A stretch of DNA of 64,000 bases, taken from Bacteroidaceae bacterium (GTDB lineage Bacteria > Bacillota > Clostridia > Oscillospirales > Acutalibacteraceae). Of this stretch, positions 53,249 to 64,000 are shown piece by piece. Within the stretch, counting starts at the first letter, position 1, and each line of letters opens with the position of its first letter. Both the position numbers and the translations under genes were made by a program. The stretch lies in contig CAVCCW010000001.1 of the NCBI GenBank assembly GCA_963600825.1, forward strand, positions 4,841-68,840, written 5' to 3'. The notes beneath the pieces were generated by a model. It ran no database searches. It worked only from the letters and a program-made list of their open reading frames with translations, and was not told where the DNA came from.

Positions 53249-53566
53249 ATGAATAAAGTTCACGTTAAAACCGGCGATGAAGTTATTGTAATCAATGGTA
53301 AATACCACGGTCAGAAGGGCAAGGTTCTTGCTGTTTCTCCGGCCGAAGGCAAAGTCATTGTAGAAGGCATTAACATCATTACCAAGCACGTTAAGCCAAG
53401 AAGAATGGGCGAAACCGGTGGTCTGGTAAAGGCAGAATCTGCTCTGTATGCCAGCAAGGTTCAGCTCGTTTGCCCGGAATGCGGAAAGCCGACTCGCGTT
53501 GGTCATGAAGGTCAGGGCAAAGATAAGAAACGCGTTTGCAAGAAGTGCGGCGCAAAGTTTGAATAA
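53249..53566 (+). CDS. rplX: 50S ribosomal protein L24
   Basis: KOW motif ([21 protein letters not shown]). The C-terminal CPECG..C.KCG zinc-ribbon-like extension is unusual for L24. Confidence 0.93.
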   Translation: MNKVHVKTGDEVIVINGKYHGQKGKVLAVSPAEGKVIVEGINIITKHVKPRRMGETGGLVKAESALYASKVQLVCPECGKPTRVGHEGQGKDKKRVCKKCGAKFE

Positions 53567-53583
53567 AGGAGGGGAACAACAGA

Positions 53584-54123
53584 ATGGCTAGATTAAAAGA
53601 TAAGTATGTAGGCGAAGTTGCTCCTGCTCTGATGGAAAAGTACGGTTACGAATCCGTAATGCAGATTCCGAAGCTGGAAAAGATTGTTGTTAACGTTGCC
53701 TGCGGCGAAGCCAAGGAAAACTCCAAGGTAATTGATTCCGTAGTAAACGACTTACAGACCATCACCGGTCAGCATCCGGTTCTTTGCAAGGCTAAGAAGT
53801 CTGTTGCAAACTTCAAGCTTCGTGAAGGCATGGTCATCGGCGCAAAGGTAACCCTTCGCGGTGACAGAATGTACGAATTCCTGGATCGTTTCTTCAACCT
53901 GGCTCTGCCACGCGTAAGAGACTTCAGAGGGATCAACCCGAACTCCTTCGATGGCCGCGGAAACTACTCCCTGGGCATTAAGGAACAGCTGATCTTCCCG
54001 GAAATTGAGTACGACAAGATTGATGCTATCCGTGGTATGGACATCTGCTTCGTTACCACTGCAAAGACAGACGAAGAAGCAAAAGAACTGCTCACCCTGA
54101 TGGGTGCTCCGTTCTCAAAGTAA
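53584..54123 (+). CDS. rplE: 50S ribosomal protein L5
   Basis: Conserved L5 sequence; operon order. Confidence 0.97.
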   Translation: MARLKDKYVGEVAPALMEKYGYESVMQIPKLEKIVVNVACGEAKENSKVIDSVVNDLQTITGQHPVLCKAKKSVANFKLREGMVIGAKVTLRGDRMYEFLDRFFNLALPRVRDFRGINPNSFDGRGNYSLGIKEQLIFPEIEYDKIDAIRGMDICFVTTAKTDEEAKELLTLMGAPFSK

Positions 54124-54136
54124 GGAGGAGAGAACT

Positions 54137-54322
54137 GTGGCAAAAACTTCTATGAAAGTTAAGGCAGCAAGACCTGCCAAATACTCGACCAGACAGCATA
54201 ACAGATGCAAGATCTGCGGTAGACCACACGCTTATCTCCGTAAGTACGGAGTATGCCGCGTTTGCTTCAGAGAACTTGCTCATGCAGGTCAGATCCCTGG
54301 CGTTAAGAAAGCCAGCTGGTAA
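54137..54322 (+). CDS. rpsZ: 30S ribosomal protein S14, type Z (zinc-binding)
   Basis: 61 aa from a GTG behind an AAGGAGGAG RBS. CKICG...CRVC zinc motif. Confidence 0.93.
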   Translation: MAKTSMKVKAARPAKYSTRQHNRCKICGRPHAYLRKYGVCRVCFRELAHAGQIPGVKKASW

Positions 54323-54356
54323 AAAACGAGCAATAGCATAAGGAGGGTAACGAAAC

Positions 54357-54755
54357 ATGCAAATTACAGATCCGGTAGCAGATATGCTTACCAGAATTAG
54401 AAATGCAAATTCCGCAAAGCATGACACAGTACAAGTTCCCGCATCCAACATGAAGAAGGCCATTGCTCAGATTCTTGTTGACGAGGGATACATCAAAAGC
54501 TTTACCGTTACGGAAGACGGAAAGCAGGGCGTCATTGACATCGTGCTCAAGTACGGCCCGAACAAATCTCAGGTTATCACCGGTCTTAGAAGAGTTTCCA
54601 AGCCGGGTCTCCGCATCTACACCAGCTGCGAAGATATGCCAAAGGTAATGAAAGGTCTTGGCATTGCCATCCTTTCCACTCCGAAGGGCGTTATGACTGA
54701 TAAAGAAGCTCGCAAAGCCAATGTTGGCGGCGAAGTTCTTGCATTCGTTTGGTAA
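54357..54755 (+). CDS. rpsH: 30S ribosomal protein S8
   Basis: ..[13 protein letters not shown].. conserved S8. Confidence 0.97.
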   Translation: MQITDPVADMLTRIRNANSAKHDTVQVPASNMKKAIAQILVDEGYIKSFTVTEDGKQGVIDIVLKYGPNKSQVITGLRRVSKPGLRIYTSCEDMPKVMKGLGIAILSTPKGVMTDKEARKANVGGEVLAFVW

Positions 54756-54769
54756 GGAGGAACAGTGAA

Positions 54770-55315
54770 ATGTCTCGAATTGGTAAAAAACCAATCGCCA
54801 TTCCAGCCGGCGTTGAAGTAAAGCTGGACGGAAACACTGTTACCGTAAAAGGTCCGAAGGACACCCTTACGCAGACAGTACATCCGAACATGGAAGTAAA
54901 GGTTGAAGGAACCGAATTATTGGTAACTCGCCCGAACGACCAGAAAGAAAACAGAGCTCTGCACGGCCTGACCCGTTCCCTGCTTGCCAACATGGTAACA
55001 GGCGTAACCGAAGGCTTTACCAAGGAGCTTGAAATTAACGGTGTAGGTTACCGTGCTGCCATGGAAGGCAACACTCTGGTACTTACCATCGGTTATTCCC
55101 ACCTTGTTAAGATGGAAACTCCGGACGGCCTGAAGTGCGAAGTTCCGGCTCCGAACAAGATTGTAATTTCCGGTGCTGATAAGCAGGCCGTAGGTCAGTT
55201 TGCAGCTGAAGTTCGCAAGCAGCGTCCGCCGGAGCCATATAAGGGCAAGGGCATTAAGTATGCTGACGAACACATTCGCCGCAAAGAAGGTAAAGCCGGT
55301 AAGGGCGGTAAGTAA
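54770..55315 (+). CDS. rplF: 50S ribosomal protein L6
   Basis: MSRIGKKPI.. conserved L6; start trimmed to the ATG behind the AAGGAGG RBS. Confidence 0.96.
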   Translation: MSRIGKKPIAIPAGVEVKLDGNTVTVKGPKDTLTQTVHPNMEVKVEGTELLVTRPNDQKENRALHGLTRSLLANMVTGVTEGFTKELEINGVGYRAAMEGNTLVLTIGYSHLVKMETPDGLKCEVPAPNKIVISGADKQAVGQFAAEVRKQRPPEPYKGKGIKYADEHIRRKEGKAGKGGK

Positions 55316-55333
55316 GAAAAGGAGTGAATCGGA

Positions 55334-55693
55334 ATGGTATCAAGACAAGATAGCAATAAAGCTCGTCTTAAGCGTCATAAAAGAGTACGCGCAAAGATTT
55401 CCGGCACTGCACAGCGTCCGCGCCTCAGTGTTTACCGTTCTTTGAACAACATCTATGCGCAGATCATTGATGACGAAGCAGGAAACACTCTTGTTGCTGC
55501 TTCCTCCAATGAAAAAACGTTTAAAGAATACGGCGGAAACAAAGCTGCCGCCAAAGAAGTTGGTAAACTTCTTGCAGAACGTGCAGCAGAAAAAAATATT
55601 ACAGAAGTAGTCTTTGACCGCGGCGGTTATGTATATGAAGGCCGTGTAGAAGCACTCGCTGAAGGTGCCCGTGAGGGTGGCCTGAAGTTCTGA
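55334..55693 (+). CDS. rplR: 50S ribosomal protein L18
   Basis: Conserved L18 sequence (..[16 protein letters not shown]..). Confidence 0.96.
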   Translation: MVSRQDSNKARLKRHKRVRAKISGTAQRPRLSVYRSLNNIYAQIIDDEAGNTLVAASSNEKTFKEYGGNKAAAKEVGKLLAERAAEKNITEVVFDRGGYVYEGRVEALAEGAREGGLKF

Positions 55694-55715
55694 TAACAGA
55701 AAGGAGAGGAATTTT

Positions 55716-56216
55716 TTGGCTAAGATTGATGCATCTAATTTAGAGCTTCAGGAGCGCGTTATCACCATTAACCGTGTTTCCAAGACCGTTAAAGGTGGTC
55801 GTATTTATAAGTTCGCTGCTCTTGTAGTAGTTGGAGATGGCAACGGAATCGTAGGCTTCGGTATTGGTAAGTCCGGCGAAGTTCCAGATGCTATCCGCAA
55901 AGGCATCGAAGATGCTAAGAAGAACTTAATTAAGGTTTCTCTGAAGGGTTCTACTATCCCTCACGAAGTAACCGGTAAGTTCGGTGCAGGCGTTGTACTG
56001 CTGAAACCGGCTGCACCTGGTACCGGCGTTATTGCCGGTGGTCCTGTCCGTGCTGTTGTAGAAACAGTGGGTATCAAGGACATTCGTTCTAAGGCACTTC
56101 GCTCGAACAATCCGTGCAACGTAGTAAGAGCTACCCTGAACGGTCTGTCTCAGCTTCGTACTGCTGAAGAAGTTGCAGAAGTTCGCGGCAAGTCCGTAAA
56201 AGAAATTGTAGGCTAA
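55716..56216 (+). CDS. rpsE: 30S ribosomal protein S5
   Basis: TTG start. ..[15 protein letters not shown].. conserved S5. Confidence 0.96.
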   Translation: MAKIDASNLELQERVITINRVSKTVKGGRIYKFAALVVVGDGNGIVGFGIGKSGEVPDAIRKGIEDAKKNLIKVSLKGSTIPHEVTGKFGAGVVLLKPAAPGTGVIAGGPVRAVVETVGIKDIRSKALRSNNPCNVVRATLNGLSQLRTAEEVAEVRGKSVKEIVG

Positions 56217-56229
56217 GGAGGTTGTCAAA

Positions 56230-56418
56230 ATGGCAAAGAAAGACACCGTTGATGTAAAGCTTGTAAAGAGCCTCATCGGCAGCAAGAAAGACCAGATTGC
56301 AACCGCATATTCTCTTGGTCTTCATAAAATTGGGGATGTCAGCACCCAGCCGAACAATCCTCAGACCCAGGGTAAGATCAACAAGATCATTCACCTGGTA
56401 GAAGTTAGCGAAGATTAA
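56230..56418 (+). CDS. rpmD: 50S ribosomal protein L30
   Basis: Conserved L30 sequence; operon order. Confidence 0.93.
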   Translation: MAKKDTVDVKLVKSLIGSKKDQIATAYSLGLHKIGDVSTQPNNPQTQGKINKIIHLVEVSED

Positions 56419-56433
56419 TAGGAGGTGCAAAAC

Positions 56434-56877
56434 ATGCAACTGCACGAACTCAAGCCAGCAGAAGGCTCCAAGCGTGACGTAAAGCGCATCGGTCGTGGCC
56501 CGGCTTCCGGCCAGGGTAAGACTGCAGGCAAAGGCCACAAGGGTCAGAAAGCAAGATCCGGTTACAGCCAGCGCTTTGGTTTCGAAGGTGGCCAGATGCC
56601 ACTCCAGAGACGAATTCCGAAGAGAGGGTTCAACAATATCTTCGCTAAGGAAATCGTAACGGTAAACGTTTCTGATCTTGAGAAGAAGTTCAATGACGGT
56701 GACGTTGTTGATGCCGCAGCTCTGATTGCTGCTGGTCTGATCAAGAAGGAAAAGGACGGTGTAAAAGTCCTTGGAAACGGAGATCTCAGCAAAAAGCTGA
56801 CCGTTAAGGTCAATGCTTATTCTGGCGCTGCCAAAGAAAAGATTGAAGCAGCAGGTGGGAAGGCTGAGGTGATCTGA
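56434..56877 (+). CDS. rplO: 50S ribosomal protein L15
   Basis: [12 protein letters not shown].. typical L15 N-terminus, 8 nt after GGAGG. The track ORF from GTG 56425 is a possible alternative start. Confidence 0.95.
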   Translation: MQLHELKPAEGSKRDVKRIGRGPASGQGKTAGKGHKGQKARSGYSQRFGFEGGQMPLQRRIPKRGFNNIFAKEIVTVNVSDLEKKFNDGDVVDAAALIAAGLIKKEKDGVKVLGNGDLSKKLTVKVNAYSGAAKEKIEAAGGKAEVI

Positions 56878-56878
56878 A

Positions 56879-58192
56879 ATGCTGCAGACACTGGTCAACG
56901 CGTTTAAGACTCCTGACTTAAGAAAGAGAATGCTGTATACCGCATTCATCATTCTTCTGTTTCGTATTGGTGCCGCTATTTCAGTCCCGTTTACAGATGC
57001 TTCCATGGGTATCATTTCCGATACCACATCGGCAGGCAACTTCATGAACTATTTAAATATGATGACCGGTGACGCGTTCAACTACGGAACCATTTTTGCA
57101 ATGTCAATTACTCCGTACATTAACGCATCCATCATCATTCAGCTCCTGACGGTAGCCATTCCTGCTTTGGAACGGTTAACCAAGGAAGGAGATTCCGGAC
57201 GGAAAAAGATGCAGGCAATTACGCGGATTACCGCTATTGTCATTGCTCTTCTTCAGTCCACTGCCTACTTCTTCTATTTAAGAAGCGGCAGCTACCTTGT
57301 CGGTAATGACTACACCGGATTTTCTGCAGTTTTGCAGGCCCTGGTTATTATCCTGACGCTGACCGCCGGTTCCGCATTAATGATGTGGATGGGCGAACAG
57401 ATTAACGTCAAGGGAATCGGCAATGGTATTTCCATTCTGCTGTTTGCGGGTATTATTTCCCGTATGCCGCAGACCGCAATGCTTCTTTGGAACACCTTCA
57501 CAAAGGGTGGTCTGTACTATGCATTCTCTCCGCTTGCCCTGATTAGTATCTTGGCTTCGGTTGTCTTCATTGTATGGATTGACGGTTCCGAAAGAAGAAT
57601 TCCGGTTGTTTATGCCAAGCGTGTAGTTGGCCGGAAGATGTATGGCGGACAAAGCACCAACTTACCTATTAAGGTAAACATGTCCGGTGTTATGTCCATC
57701 ATCTTTGCCAGCTCCATTCTTTCCCTGCCGCCAACCATTCAGATGTTCTTAACGGACAAGATTGAAGAAGGCAGCGGATGGGACAAGTTCTTTAATCTTT
57801 TTGATGCAGAGAACTGGTTCTATGGTATTATTTACTTTGTTTTGATCATCTTCTTCGCGTTCTTCTACAGCTCTATTCAGTACAACCCGATCGAGATGGC
57901 AAACAATCTCCGGAAGAACAACGGCACTATCCCGGGCATCCGTCCTGGCAAGCCGACTTCCGAATATATTGCAAAGGTTCTGAACCGCGTGGTTCTGATT
58001 GGATCTTTGCTTATCAGTATTATTGCTCTTTATCCAACCGTTTATTCTCAGATTACCAATGCATGTGGCGCACAGGTTAACATTTCCCTGGGTGGTACAT
58101 CCGTAATCATTTTGGTTGGTGTTGCTCTGGAAACGGTAAGACAGTTGGAATCCCAGTTAATGGTTCGCCAGTATAAGGGTTTCCTGGATTAA
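56879..58192 (+). CDS. secY: preprotein translocase subunit SecY
   Basis: 437 aa, 10-TM SecY sequence; operon position. Confidence 0.97.
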   Translation: MLQTLVNAFKTPDLRKRMLYTAFIILLFRIGAAISVPFTDASMGIISDTTSAGNFMNYLNMMTGDAFNYGTIFAMSITPYINASIIIQLLTVAIPALERLTKEGDSGRKKMQAITRITAIVIALLQSTAYFFYLRSGSYLVGNDYTGFSAVLQALVIILTLTAGSALMMWMGEQINVKGIGNGISILLFAGIISRMPQTAMLLWNTFTKGGLYYAFSPLALISILASVVFIVWIDGSERRIPVVYAKRVVGRKMYGGQSTNLPIKVNMSGVMSIIFASSILSLPPTIQMFLTDKIEEGSGWDKFFNLFDAENWFYGIIYFVLIIFFAFFYSSIQYNPIEMANNLRKNNGTIPGIRPGKPTSEYIAKVLNRVVLIGSLLISIIALYPTVYSQITNACGAQVNISLGGTSVIILVGVALETVRQLESQLMVRQYKGFLD

Positions 58193-58208
58193 CCGAAGGA
58201 GGAAAGAT

Positions 58209-58847
58209 ATGAATATTATTTTTCTGGGCGCGCCGGGCGCCGGCAAAGGCACACAGGCAGATAGAATTGCTGATGCCTACGGCATTCCGACCATCTCCAC
58301 AGGCAACATGATTCGTGAAGCGCTGGCCAAAGGCACCGAAATGGGCCTGAAGGCCAAAGCCTTCATTGAGGCCGGACAGCTGGTTCCTGATGCAGTTGTC
58401 ATCGGCATCATTCAAGAGCGTTTAGCGCTGGCAGATTGCGCAAACGGGTTTATCCTTGACGGATTCCCACGCACCATTCCACAGGCAGAAGCCCTAGAAG
58501 AAATGGGCGTTACCATTGATAAGGTGGTAGACATTGAGGTTGCCGATGACATCATCACGGCCCGCATGTCCGGCCGCCGGGTTTGCCCCAAGTGCGGCGC
58601 GCCGTACCACATTGAATCCCTGAAGCCGAAAAAAGAAGGCATCTGTGACAAGTGCGGTACTGAACTGCAGCAGCGTAAAGATGATAAGCCGGAAACGGTT
58701 GCTGACCGCTTAAAGGTTTATCATGAGCAGACCGAACCGTTGAAAGACTTCTATGCCAAACGCGGCACCCTGAAGGAAGTAGACGGCCTTGGCTCTGTTG
58801 ACGAGATTACAAAGCGTGTCAAAGACGCTTTGGAGGCAAATGCATGA
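58209..58847 (+). CDS. adk: adenylate kinase (zinc-lid type)
   Basis: GAPGAGKGTQ P-loop. Lid CPKCG..CDKCG. Confidence 0.97.
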   Translation: MNIIFLGAPGAGKGTQADRIADAYGIPTISTGNMIREALAKGTEMGLKAKAFIEAGQLVPDAVVIGIIQERLALADCANGFILDGFPRTIPQAEALEEMGVTIDKVVDIEVADDIITARMSGRRVCPKCGAPYHIESLKPKKEGICDKCGTELQQRKDDKPETVADRLKVYHEQTEPLKDFYAKRGTLKEVDGLGSVDEITKRVKDALEANA

Positions 58848-59602
58848 TAGTACTGAAAACCAGTAAAGAATTAGAGCTGATGAAGAAAGCTTGTCAGATT
58901 TCTTCCGATGCTCTGTTCAAAGCCGGAGACGCAGTCCGCCCGGGTATTTCCACTTGGGAACTGGACAAAATTGCGTATGATTACATAAAAAGTCAGGGAG
59001 CAGAACCCAACTTCCTTGGCCTTTATGGATTTCCGGGTACTGCCTGCATTTCCGTAAATGATGAGATCATTCATGGCATTCCAAGCAAGAAAGTAATCCT
59101 GAAAGAGGGCGACATCGTCTCCATAGACACGGGCGCCAAATTTGACGGATACAACGGTGACAACGCCTATACCTTTATGGTTGGCGAAGTTTCTCCTGAA
59201 GTGAAGCGGCTGCTAGAGGTCACAAAGGAGAGTTTGTACAAGGGCATTGAAGCTGCCGTTCCGGGCAACCGGATTGGTGACATCGGCCACGCCGTTCAGG
59301 AATGCGCAGAAGCCGCCGGTTACGGTGTCATTCGGGAATACGAAGGACACGGAGTCGGCACCAAGCTTCATGAAGATCCTGGCATACCAAACTTTGGTAG
59401 AGCCCATCGGGGCGCGCGGATTCTTCCGGGAATGACCCTGGCAATTGAACCAATGATTGCCATGGGCACCTATAAGATTCGTCAGAATCCGGGAGACGAG
59501 TGGACGGTTTATACCGCCGACGGGAAGCCTGCCGCTCACTTTGAGAACACCATTGCCGTTACGGCGGATGGACCAGTTATTCTGACACCATTTAAGTATT
59601 AA
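58844..59602 (+). CDS. map: type I methionine aminopeptidase
   Basis: M24A metal ligands (D..D, H, E, E) in conserved contexts; 4-nt overlap with adk. Confidence 0.96.
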   Translation: MIVLKTSKELELMKKACQISSDALFKAGDAVRPGISTWELDKIAYDYIKSQGAEPNFLGLYGFPGTACISVNDEIIHGIPSKKVILKEGDIVSIDTGAKFDGYNGDNAYTFMVGEVSPEVKRLLEVTKESLYKGIEAAVPGNRIGDIGHAVQECAEAAGYGVIREYEGHGVGTKLHEDPGIPNFGRAHRGARILPGMTLAIEPMIAMGTYKIRQNPGDEWTVYTADGKPAAHFENTIAVTADGPVILTPFKY

Positions 59603-59620
59603 TGGTGAGGAGGGAAACGT

Positions 59621-59839
59621 ATGTCTAAACAGGATATGATCGAAATCGAAGGGACTGTTGTTGAAGCACTTCCGAACGCCATGTTCAAGGTAGAGCTTCA
59701 AAACGGACACCAAATTCTGGCCCATATTTCCGGTAAGCTTCGGATGAATTACATCCGCATTCTTCCGGGAGACAAAGTAACGGTCGAAATGTCGCCATAT
59801 GACCTTACTAGAGGCCGTATCACGTGGCGATCCAAATAA
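59621..59839 (+). CDS. infA: translation initiation factor IF-1
   Basis: 72 aa, S1-like OB fold (..[22 protein letters not shown]..). Confidence 0.97.
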   Translation: MSKQDMIEIEGTVVEALPNAMFKVELQNGHQILAHISGKLRMNYIRILPGDKVTVEMSPYDLTRGRITWRSK

Positions 59840-59861
59840 CACAACAACGGAGGTAGTTCAA

Positions 59862-59975
59862 ATGAAAGTAAGACCTTCTGTCAAAAAAATGTGCGATAAG
59901 TGCAAAGTGATTAAGCGCAAGGGTAAAGTCATGGTTATCTGTGAAAACCCGAAGCACAAACAGCGTCAGGGCTAA
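59862..59975 (+). CDS. rpmJ: 50S ribosomal protein L36
   Basis: 37-aa ORF below the track cutoff, read by hand: [45 protein letters not shown]. Confidence 0.93.
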   Translation: MKVRPSVKKMCDKCKVIKRKGKVMVICENPKHKQRQG

Positions 59976-60012
59976 CTCGCCCGGACTTACACACTAATGG
60001 AGGTGCAAATTA

Positions 60013-60381
60013 ATGGCTCGTATTTCAGGTGTTGACCTGCCAAGAGACAAAAGAGTTGAAATTGCTCTGACTTACATCTATGGCATCGGCAATAAAACTG
60101 CAAACGATATCATTACCGCAACCGGTGTAAATCCTGATACCCGCGTTAAGGATTTGACCGAAGAAGATGTTTCTAAGCTTCGTGAGTATATTGACCACCA
60201 TCTGACCGTAGAAGGTGACCTTCGCCGCGAAACAGCGCTGAACATCAAGAGATTGATTGAAATCGGTTCCTACCGTGGCGTACGTCATAGAAAGGGTCTT
60301 CCGGTAAGAGGACAGCGTTCTAAGACCAACGCTCGTACGCGCAAGGGTCCGAAGAAGACCATTGCAAACAAGAAGAAGTAA
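60013..60381 (+). CDS. rpsM: 30S ribosomal protein S13
   Basis: [15 protein letters not shown].. conserved S13. Confidence 0.97.
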   Translation: MARISGVDLPRDKRVEIALTYIYGIGNKTANDIITATGVNPDTRVKDLTEEDVSKLREYIDHHLTVEGDLRRETALNIKRLIEIGSYRGVRHRKGLPVRGQRSKTNARTRKGPKKTIANKKK

Positions 60382-60397
60382 TAGGAGGGATACCTAA

Positions 60398-60799
60398 ATG
60401 GCTAAACAGGGCAAAAAGACCACAGCCACTCGCAGACGTCGTGACCGTAAGGCAGTTGTCAACGGTGCGGCTCATATCCAGTCCACCTTCAACAATACTA
60501 TTGTTACCATTACCGATTTGGAAGGTAACGCCGTATCTTGGGCATCCGCCGGTGAACTTGGTTTCCGCGGATCCAAGAAATCCACTCCGTTTGCCGCACA
60601 GAGCGCAGCTGAAACTGCTGCTGCCATTGCAATTGACAACGGAATGAAGACTGTTGAAGTTTACGTCAAGGGCCCGGGCGCCGGCCGTGAAGCTGCCATT
60701 CGTGCACTGCAGACCGCCGGTCTGGAAGTAACCATGATTAAAGACGTTACTCCAATCCCGCACAACGGATGCCGTCCGCCGAAGAGAAGACGTGTCTGA
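60398..60799 (+). CDS. rpsK: 30S ribosomal protein S11
   Basis: Conserved S11 sequence (..[15 protein letters not shown]..). Confidence 0.97.
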   Translation: MAKQGKKTTATRRRRDRKAVVNGAAHIQSTFNNTIVTITDLEGNAVSWASAGELGFRGSKKSTPFAAQSAAETAAAIAIDNGMKTVEVYVKGPGAGREAAIRALQTAGLEVTMIKDVTPIPHNGCRPPKRRRV

Positions 60800-60816
60800 T
60801 AAGGAGGATAAACACT

Positions 60817-61419
60817 ATGGCAAAAAATATGCAGCCGATTGCCAAGCGCTGTAAGGCGCTCAACCTTTCTCCTGCAACCCTTGGCTACTCCGGCAAGGAA
60901 ACTCGCCGCAACCCGAAGGGCAACATGAGAAGAAAGCAGTCCGAATATGCACTGCAGCTGAACGAAAAGCAGAAAGTAAAGTTTGTTTACGGTATGCTGG
61001 AAAAGCAGTTCCGTTCTTATTATGAAAAGGCAGCTAAGATGCCGGGTAAAACCGGTGACAACCTTCTGATTCTTTGCGAAAGCCGTCTGGACAACGTTGT
61101 TTTCCACCTTGGTTTTGCATCTACCCGCCGTCAGGCAAGACAGCTGGTTAACCACAGCCACTTCACTGTAGACGGTAAGAAGGTTAACATTCCGTCCTTC
61201 CAGGTTAAGCCGGGTATGGTAATTGAAGTTAAGGAAGGCAGCCGTTCTTCCGTTCTGTTCACCCGTCTGACCGGAGAAGATGCTCCGCTGGTTAACGTTC
61301 CTGCATGGTTGGAACTGGACAGCAGCAAGCTGAAGGGCACGGTTACCAGAATGCCTACTCGTGAAGATGTTGACTTCCCGGTTGAAGAACATCTCATCGT
61401 TGAGTACTACTCCAAGTAA
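60817..61419 (+). CDS. rpsD: 30S ribosomal protein S4
   Basis: Start at the ATG behind the AAGGAGG RBS (MAKNMQPIAKRCK..). S4 domain is present. Confidence 0.95.
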   Translation: MAKNMQPIAKRCKALNLSPATLGYSGKETRRNPKGNMRRKQSEYALQLNEKQKVKFVYGMLEKQFRSYYEKAAKMPGKTGDNLLILCESRLDNVVFHLGFASTRRQARQLVNHSHFTVDGKKVNIPSFQVKPGMVIEVKEGSRSSVLFTRLTGEDAPLVNVPAWLELDSSKLKGTVTRMPTREDVDFPVEEHLIVEYYSK

Positions 61420-61472
61420 TGCTAGTACTTTAAAGCCCCGATTCTTTTTCATTTTACAAAGGAGGGTTTTGA

Positions 61473-62420
61473 ATGATCGGTATCGAGAAGCCAAATATTG
61501 AAATTGTCAATTTGGAAGGCGACACCTACGGAAAATTCACGTTGGAACCACTGGAAAGAGGCTTTGGCACCACGCTGGGTAACTCCCTTCGTCGGGTCCT
61601 GCTCTCCTCTCTCCCGGGTTATGCCATTACTTCTGTGAAGATTGACGGCGTTCTTCATGAGTTCTCCACCATTCCGGGCGTCAAAGAAGACGTAACCGAA
61701 ATTGTACTGAACTTAAAGAGCGTAATTGTAAAGCTGAACAGCGATGGCCCAAAGACCGTCCGCATTGATGCTACCGGTGAAGGCGAAGTAACCGCCGGTG
61801 ACATCAAGGGCGACTATGACGTTGAAATCCTGAATCCGGACCTGCACATTGCAAGCCTTGATAAGGACGCCAAGCTTTCCATGGAAATGACCGTAGATAA
61901 CGGCAGAGGTTATGTTTCTTCTGACAGAAACAAGCAGGAACTGCAGCCGATTCTGGGTGTCATTGCCACTGACTCTATTTATACACCGGTATTAAAGGTT
62001 AATTACACTGTTGAGAACACCCGTGTAGGCCAGCGTATTGACTATGATAAGCTGACTCTGGAGGTGTGGACCAACGGAACCATTTCTGCAAAGGAAGCGG
62101 TTTCTTTGGCAGCCAAGATCCTCAACGATCACCTCAAGTTATTTATTGACTTGTCTGAAAACGAATTCATGGCCGACGTTCTCGTTGAGAAAGATGATAA
62201 CTCAAGAGAGAAAGTTCTGGAGATGACCATTGAAGAACTTGATTTGTCTGTTCGTTCCTTCAACTGCTTGAAGCGCGCAGGCATTAACACAGTAGAAGAT
62301 TTGACCAACAAGTCCGAAGATGACATGATGAAGGTTAGAAACCTTGGCAAGAAGTCTCTTGACGAAGTCGTTGCCAAGTTAGACAACCTCGGATTCTCTC
62401 TTCGCACGGATGACGAATAA
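61473..62420 (+). CDS. rpoA: DNA-directed RNA polymerase subunit alpha
   Basis: 315 aa. N-terminal assembly domain plus C-terminal domain (..[17 protein letters not shown]..). Confidence 0.97.
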   Translation: MIGIEKPNIEIVNLEGDTYGKFTLEPLERGFGTTLGNSLRRVLLSSLPGYAITSVKIDGVLHEFSTIPGVKEDVTEIVLNLKSVIVKLNSDGPKTVRIDATGEGEVTAGDIKGDYDVEILNPDLHIASLDKDAKLSMEMTVDNGRGYVSSDRNKQELQPILGVIATDSIYTPVLKVNYTVENTRVGQRIDYDKLTLEVWTNGTISAKEAVSLAAKILNDHLKLFIDLSENEFMADVLVEKDDNSREKVLEMTIEELDLSVRSFNCLKRAGINTVEDLTNKSEDDMMKVRNLGKKSLDEVVAKLDNLGFSLRTDDE

Positions 62421-62438
62421 GGTAAAGGAGTGATCAGA

Positions 62439-62780
62439 ATGCCAGGAACCAGAAAACTTGGTAGAACCAGCAGCCATCGTAAGTCCATGCTTCGTGGAAT
62501 GGTTACCTATCTGTTTGAAAATGGCAAAATTGAAACCACCGTTACTCGCGCCAAGGAAGTTCGTGCAATGGCCGAAAAAATGATTACCATTGCAAAGAAG
62601 GACGACCTCAGTGCCAAGCGTCAGGTACTTGCATACGTTACCAAAGAAGACGTAGCCAAGAAGCTGTTTGACGAAATTGCACCGAAGTACGCAGATGTAA
62701 ATGGCGGTTACACTCGTATCATTAAGACCGGCCCACGCCGCGGCGATGCAGCTGAAATGTGCATCATTGAACTTGTCTAA
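62439..62780 (+). CDS. rplQ: 50S ribosomal protein L17
   Basis: [18 protein letters not shown].. typical L17 N-terminus; start trimmed from the track ORF at 62430. Confidence 0.95.
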   Translation: MPGTRKLGRTSSHRKSMLRGMVTYLFENGKIETTVTRAKEVRAMAEKMITIAKKDDLSAKRQVLAYVTKEDVAKKLFDEIAPKYADVNGGYTRIIKTGPRRGDAAEMCIIELV

Positions 62781-62804
62781 TGTTACGTAGCTAACGCAAA
62801 CGTT

Positions 62805-62837
62805 AAGCCCCGGAGGGAATTTCCCTCCGGGGCTTTT
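62805..62837 (+). terminator. strong intrinsic terminator ending the alpha operon
   Basis: AAGCCCCGGAGGGAA-T-TTCCCTCCGGGGCTT followed by TT. Confidence 0.85.
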
Positions 62838-62880
62838 GTGTGTAAGGGGAGCCCGCCGCGGCGTGCTCCGGGATTGGAAA

Positions 62881-62907
62881 GCGCCGCACGGAACGGGCGT
62901 GCGGCGC
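62881..62907 (-). terminator. GC-rich hairpin after rsmA
   Basis: GCGCCGCACG...CGTGCGGCGC stem, 6 nt beyond the rsmA stop, with a short T tract on the minus strand. Confidence 0.5.
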
Positions 62908-62912
62908 TACAA

Positions 62913-63770
62913 TCAAGTAGAGCTATTCGTGTGTTGGTAGATGCGGATAAGATCTTCCAGGGTTAGCTGTTCAATGCGGGCCGTTTCGGGGATATTCAGC
63001 TCAGCAAGGACCGAGCGGAGCTCCTCCTTGCTGAGGTGCAGACAGGAGGAGAAGGAGTTAAGGATGGTTTTGCGGCGCTGGGTAAAACCGGCTTTGACCA
63101 TGCGGAAAAAGGCCTGTTCGTTATCCAGCTGGGCCGGCGGCTCCGGCAGAAGCGTCAGCCGGATAACTTCGCTGGTTACTTTTGGCGAAGGAACGAAAGA
63201 TTCCTTCGGCACGGTGAATAAACGCTCTGGCTGCGCGTAATACCGGATGGCCGCCGTAATGGCCCCGGCTTCCCGTGTGCCCATTTCTGCGCAGAGGCGT
63301 TCGGCCGCTTCGGCCTGGACCATCACGGTCAGGGACTGGATGGGCAGCTGCTCCTGCAGCAGGTGGGTAATAATTGGGGAAGTAATATAATAGGGCAGGT
63401 TGGCACAGACCACGACAGGCCGATTGCCGAACTCCTCTGCCAGAAGCTGATGCAAATCCAGCTTCAGTATGTCACCGGGTACCACCTTTACGTTGGCAAA
63501 GGGCACCAGAGTTTCCTCCAAAATGGGGAGCAGACGTTCGTCCAGCTCCACAGAAACCACCTTTGCGGCGCGCTTTGCCAGCTCCACGGTCAGCACGCCA
63601 ATGCCGGGGCCGATTTCCAGGACGCCATAACTGTCGTCCGGAATGGCGGCCTCCGCCATGGCCGGACAGACCTCCGGGTCCGTCAAAAAGTTTTGCCCCA
63701 GCGCCTTAGAAAAGTGAAATCCATGCCGCTTCAGCAACGCTTCAATCTGGTTAATATCATATAATTCCAT
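62913..63770 (-). CDS. rsmA: 16S rRNA (adenine1518/1519-N6)-dimethyltransferase
   Basis: ..KALGQNFL.D... and SAM motif VLEIGPGIGVLT; 285 aa. Confidence 0.92.
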   Translation of the reverse strand: MELYDINQIEALLKRHGFHFSKALGQNFLTDPEVCPAMAEAAIPDDSYGVLEIGPGIGVLTVELAKRAAKVVSVELDERLLPILEETLVPFANVKVVPGDILKLDLHQLLAEEFGNRPVVVCANLPYYITSPIITHLLQEQLPIQSLTVMVQAEAAERLCAEMGTREAGAITAAIRYYAQPERLFTVPKESFVPSPKVTSEVIRLTLLPEPPAQLDNEQAFFRMVKAGFTQRRKTILNSFSSCLHLSKEELRSVLAELNIPETARIEQLTLEDLIRIYQHTNSST

Positions 63771-63857
63771 GCAGTGCCTCCTGCTCTAGTCTGCCACTCA
63801 TTATAGTATAGAAGCCGTTTTTGTGCTACAATATGCCGGAAAGAGGTGACGGTTTTT

Positions 63858-64000
63858 ATGAAACAAAAAATAACCATCCTTTTGCTTGTGTTGACTACAT
63901 CGCTCATGTTCTGCGCCTGCGGAGCACCCGTACTTTATGAAAACGCAGAACCGCAGGACATCTACGGCACCGATGGGGAAACCGTGCTGGGTAAATATGT
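63858..64000 (+). CDS. putative lipoprotein, N-terminal fragment (continues beyond the window)
   Basis: MKQKITILLLVLTTSLMFCACG signal peptide with a lipobox-like Cys. The frame is open to the window end. Confidence 0.45.
   Translation, partial: MKQKITILLLVLTTSLMFCACGAPVLYENAEPQDIYGTDGETVLGKY

Noticed and set aside
48806-61494. Several 130-304-aa minus-strand ORFs inside the ribosomal protein cluster (48806-49480, 49878-50564, 51142-51957, 56131-57045, 59213-59842, 60661-61494).
   Set aside because: They are antisense to universally conserved r-protein, secY, map and rpsD genes and span gene junctions. They are not credible coding regions.
1-64000. CRISPR arrays, rRNA operons, IS elements or transposases anywhere in the window.
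   Set aside because: I saw no regularly spaced direct repeats, no rRNA-like conserved stretches and no transposase- or integrase-like ORFs on either strand.

Overview
This 64-kb window looks like a Gram-positive (Bacillota, Clostridia-like) chromosome: AGGAGG ribosome-binding sites, a type-Z S14, and the maf-mreBCD-pbp2-minD-mgsA gene order. Most of it is core housekeeping. On the plus strand it holds the 3' end of leuS, an MscS channel, rpsU, yqeG-like, pepP-like, efp, nudF-like, maf, mreBCD, PBP2, a MinD-like ATPase, an MgsA-like protein, pyk, hisS and aspS. Further along are metY, an EF-G paralog, nth, rarA and a complete S10-spc-alpha ribosomal block (rpsJ to rplQ, including secY, adk, map, infA, rpmJ and rpoA; 47.8-62.8 kb), followed by convergent rsmA/ksgA. 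There are three tRNA genes: Met-CAU and Glu-UUC on the minus strand, and Ala-CGC on the plus strand. Accessory content includes a leaderless lipase, a metal-transporter/Fur-family/metY unit with a strong Fur-type palindrome, and an AraC-controlled rhamnulose-type operon with a non-canonical isomerase. It also includes a Crp/Fnr regulator next to a ferredoxin-like gene, an ECF S-component and a polar amino-acid ABC transporter. The most unusual locus is a seven-gene minus-strand operon (32230 down to 24813). It starts with a partner-switching set that has no sigma factor: a STAS antagonist, a Cache-HAMP-PP2C-RsbW-kinase fusion, an HD (p)ppGpp-hydrolase-like protein and a STAS-kinase fusion. It continues into pepD and two FliB-family Cys-rich paralogs. 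I saw no rRNA, CRISPR array, transposase, integrase or prophage genes. All functional calls come from motif and family recognition by eye and have not been confirmed by a database search.
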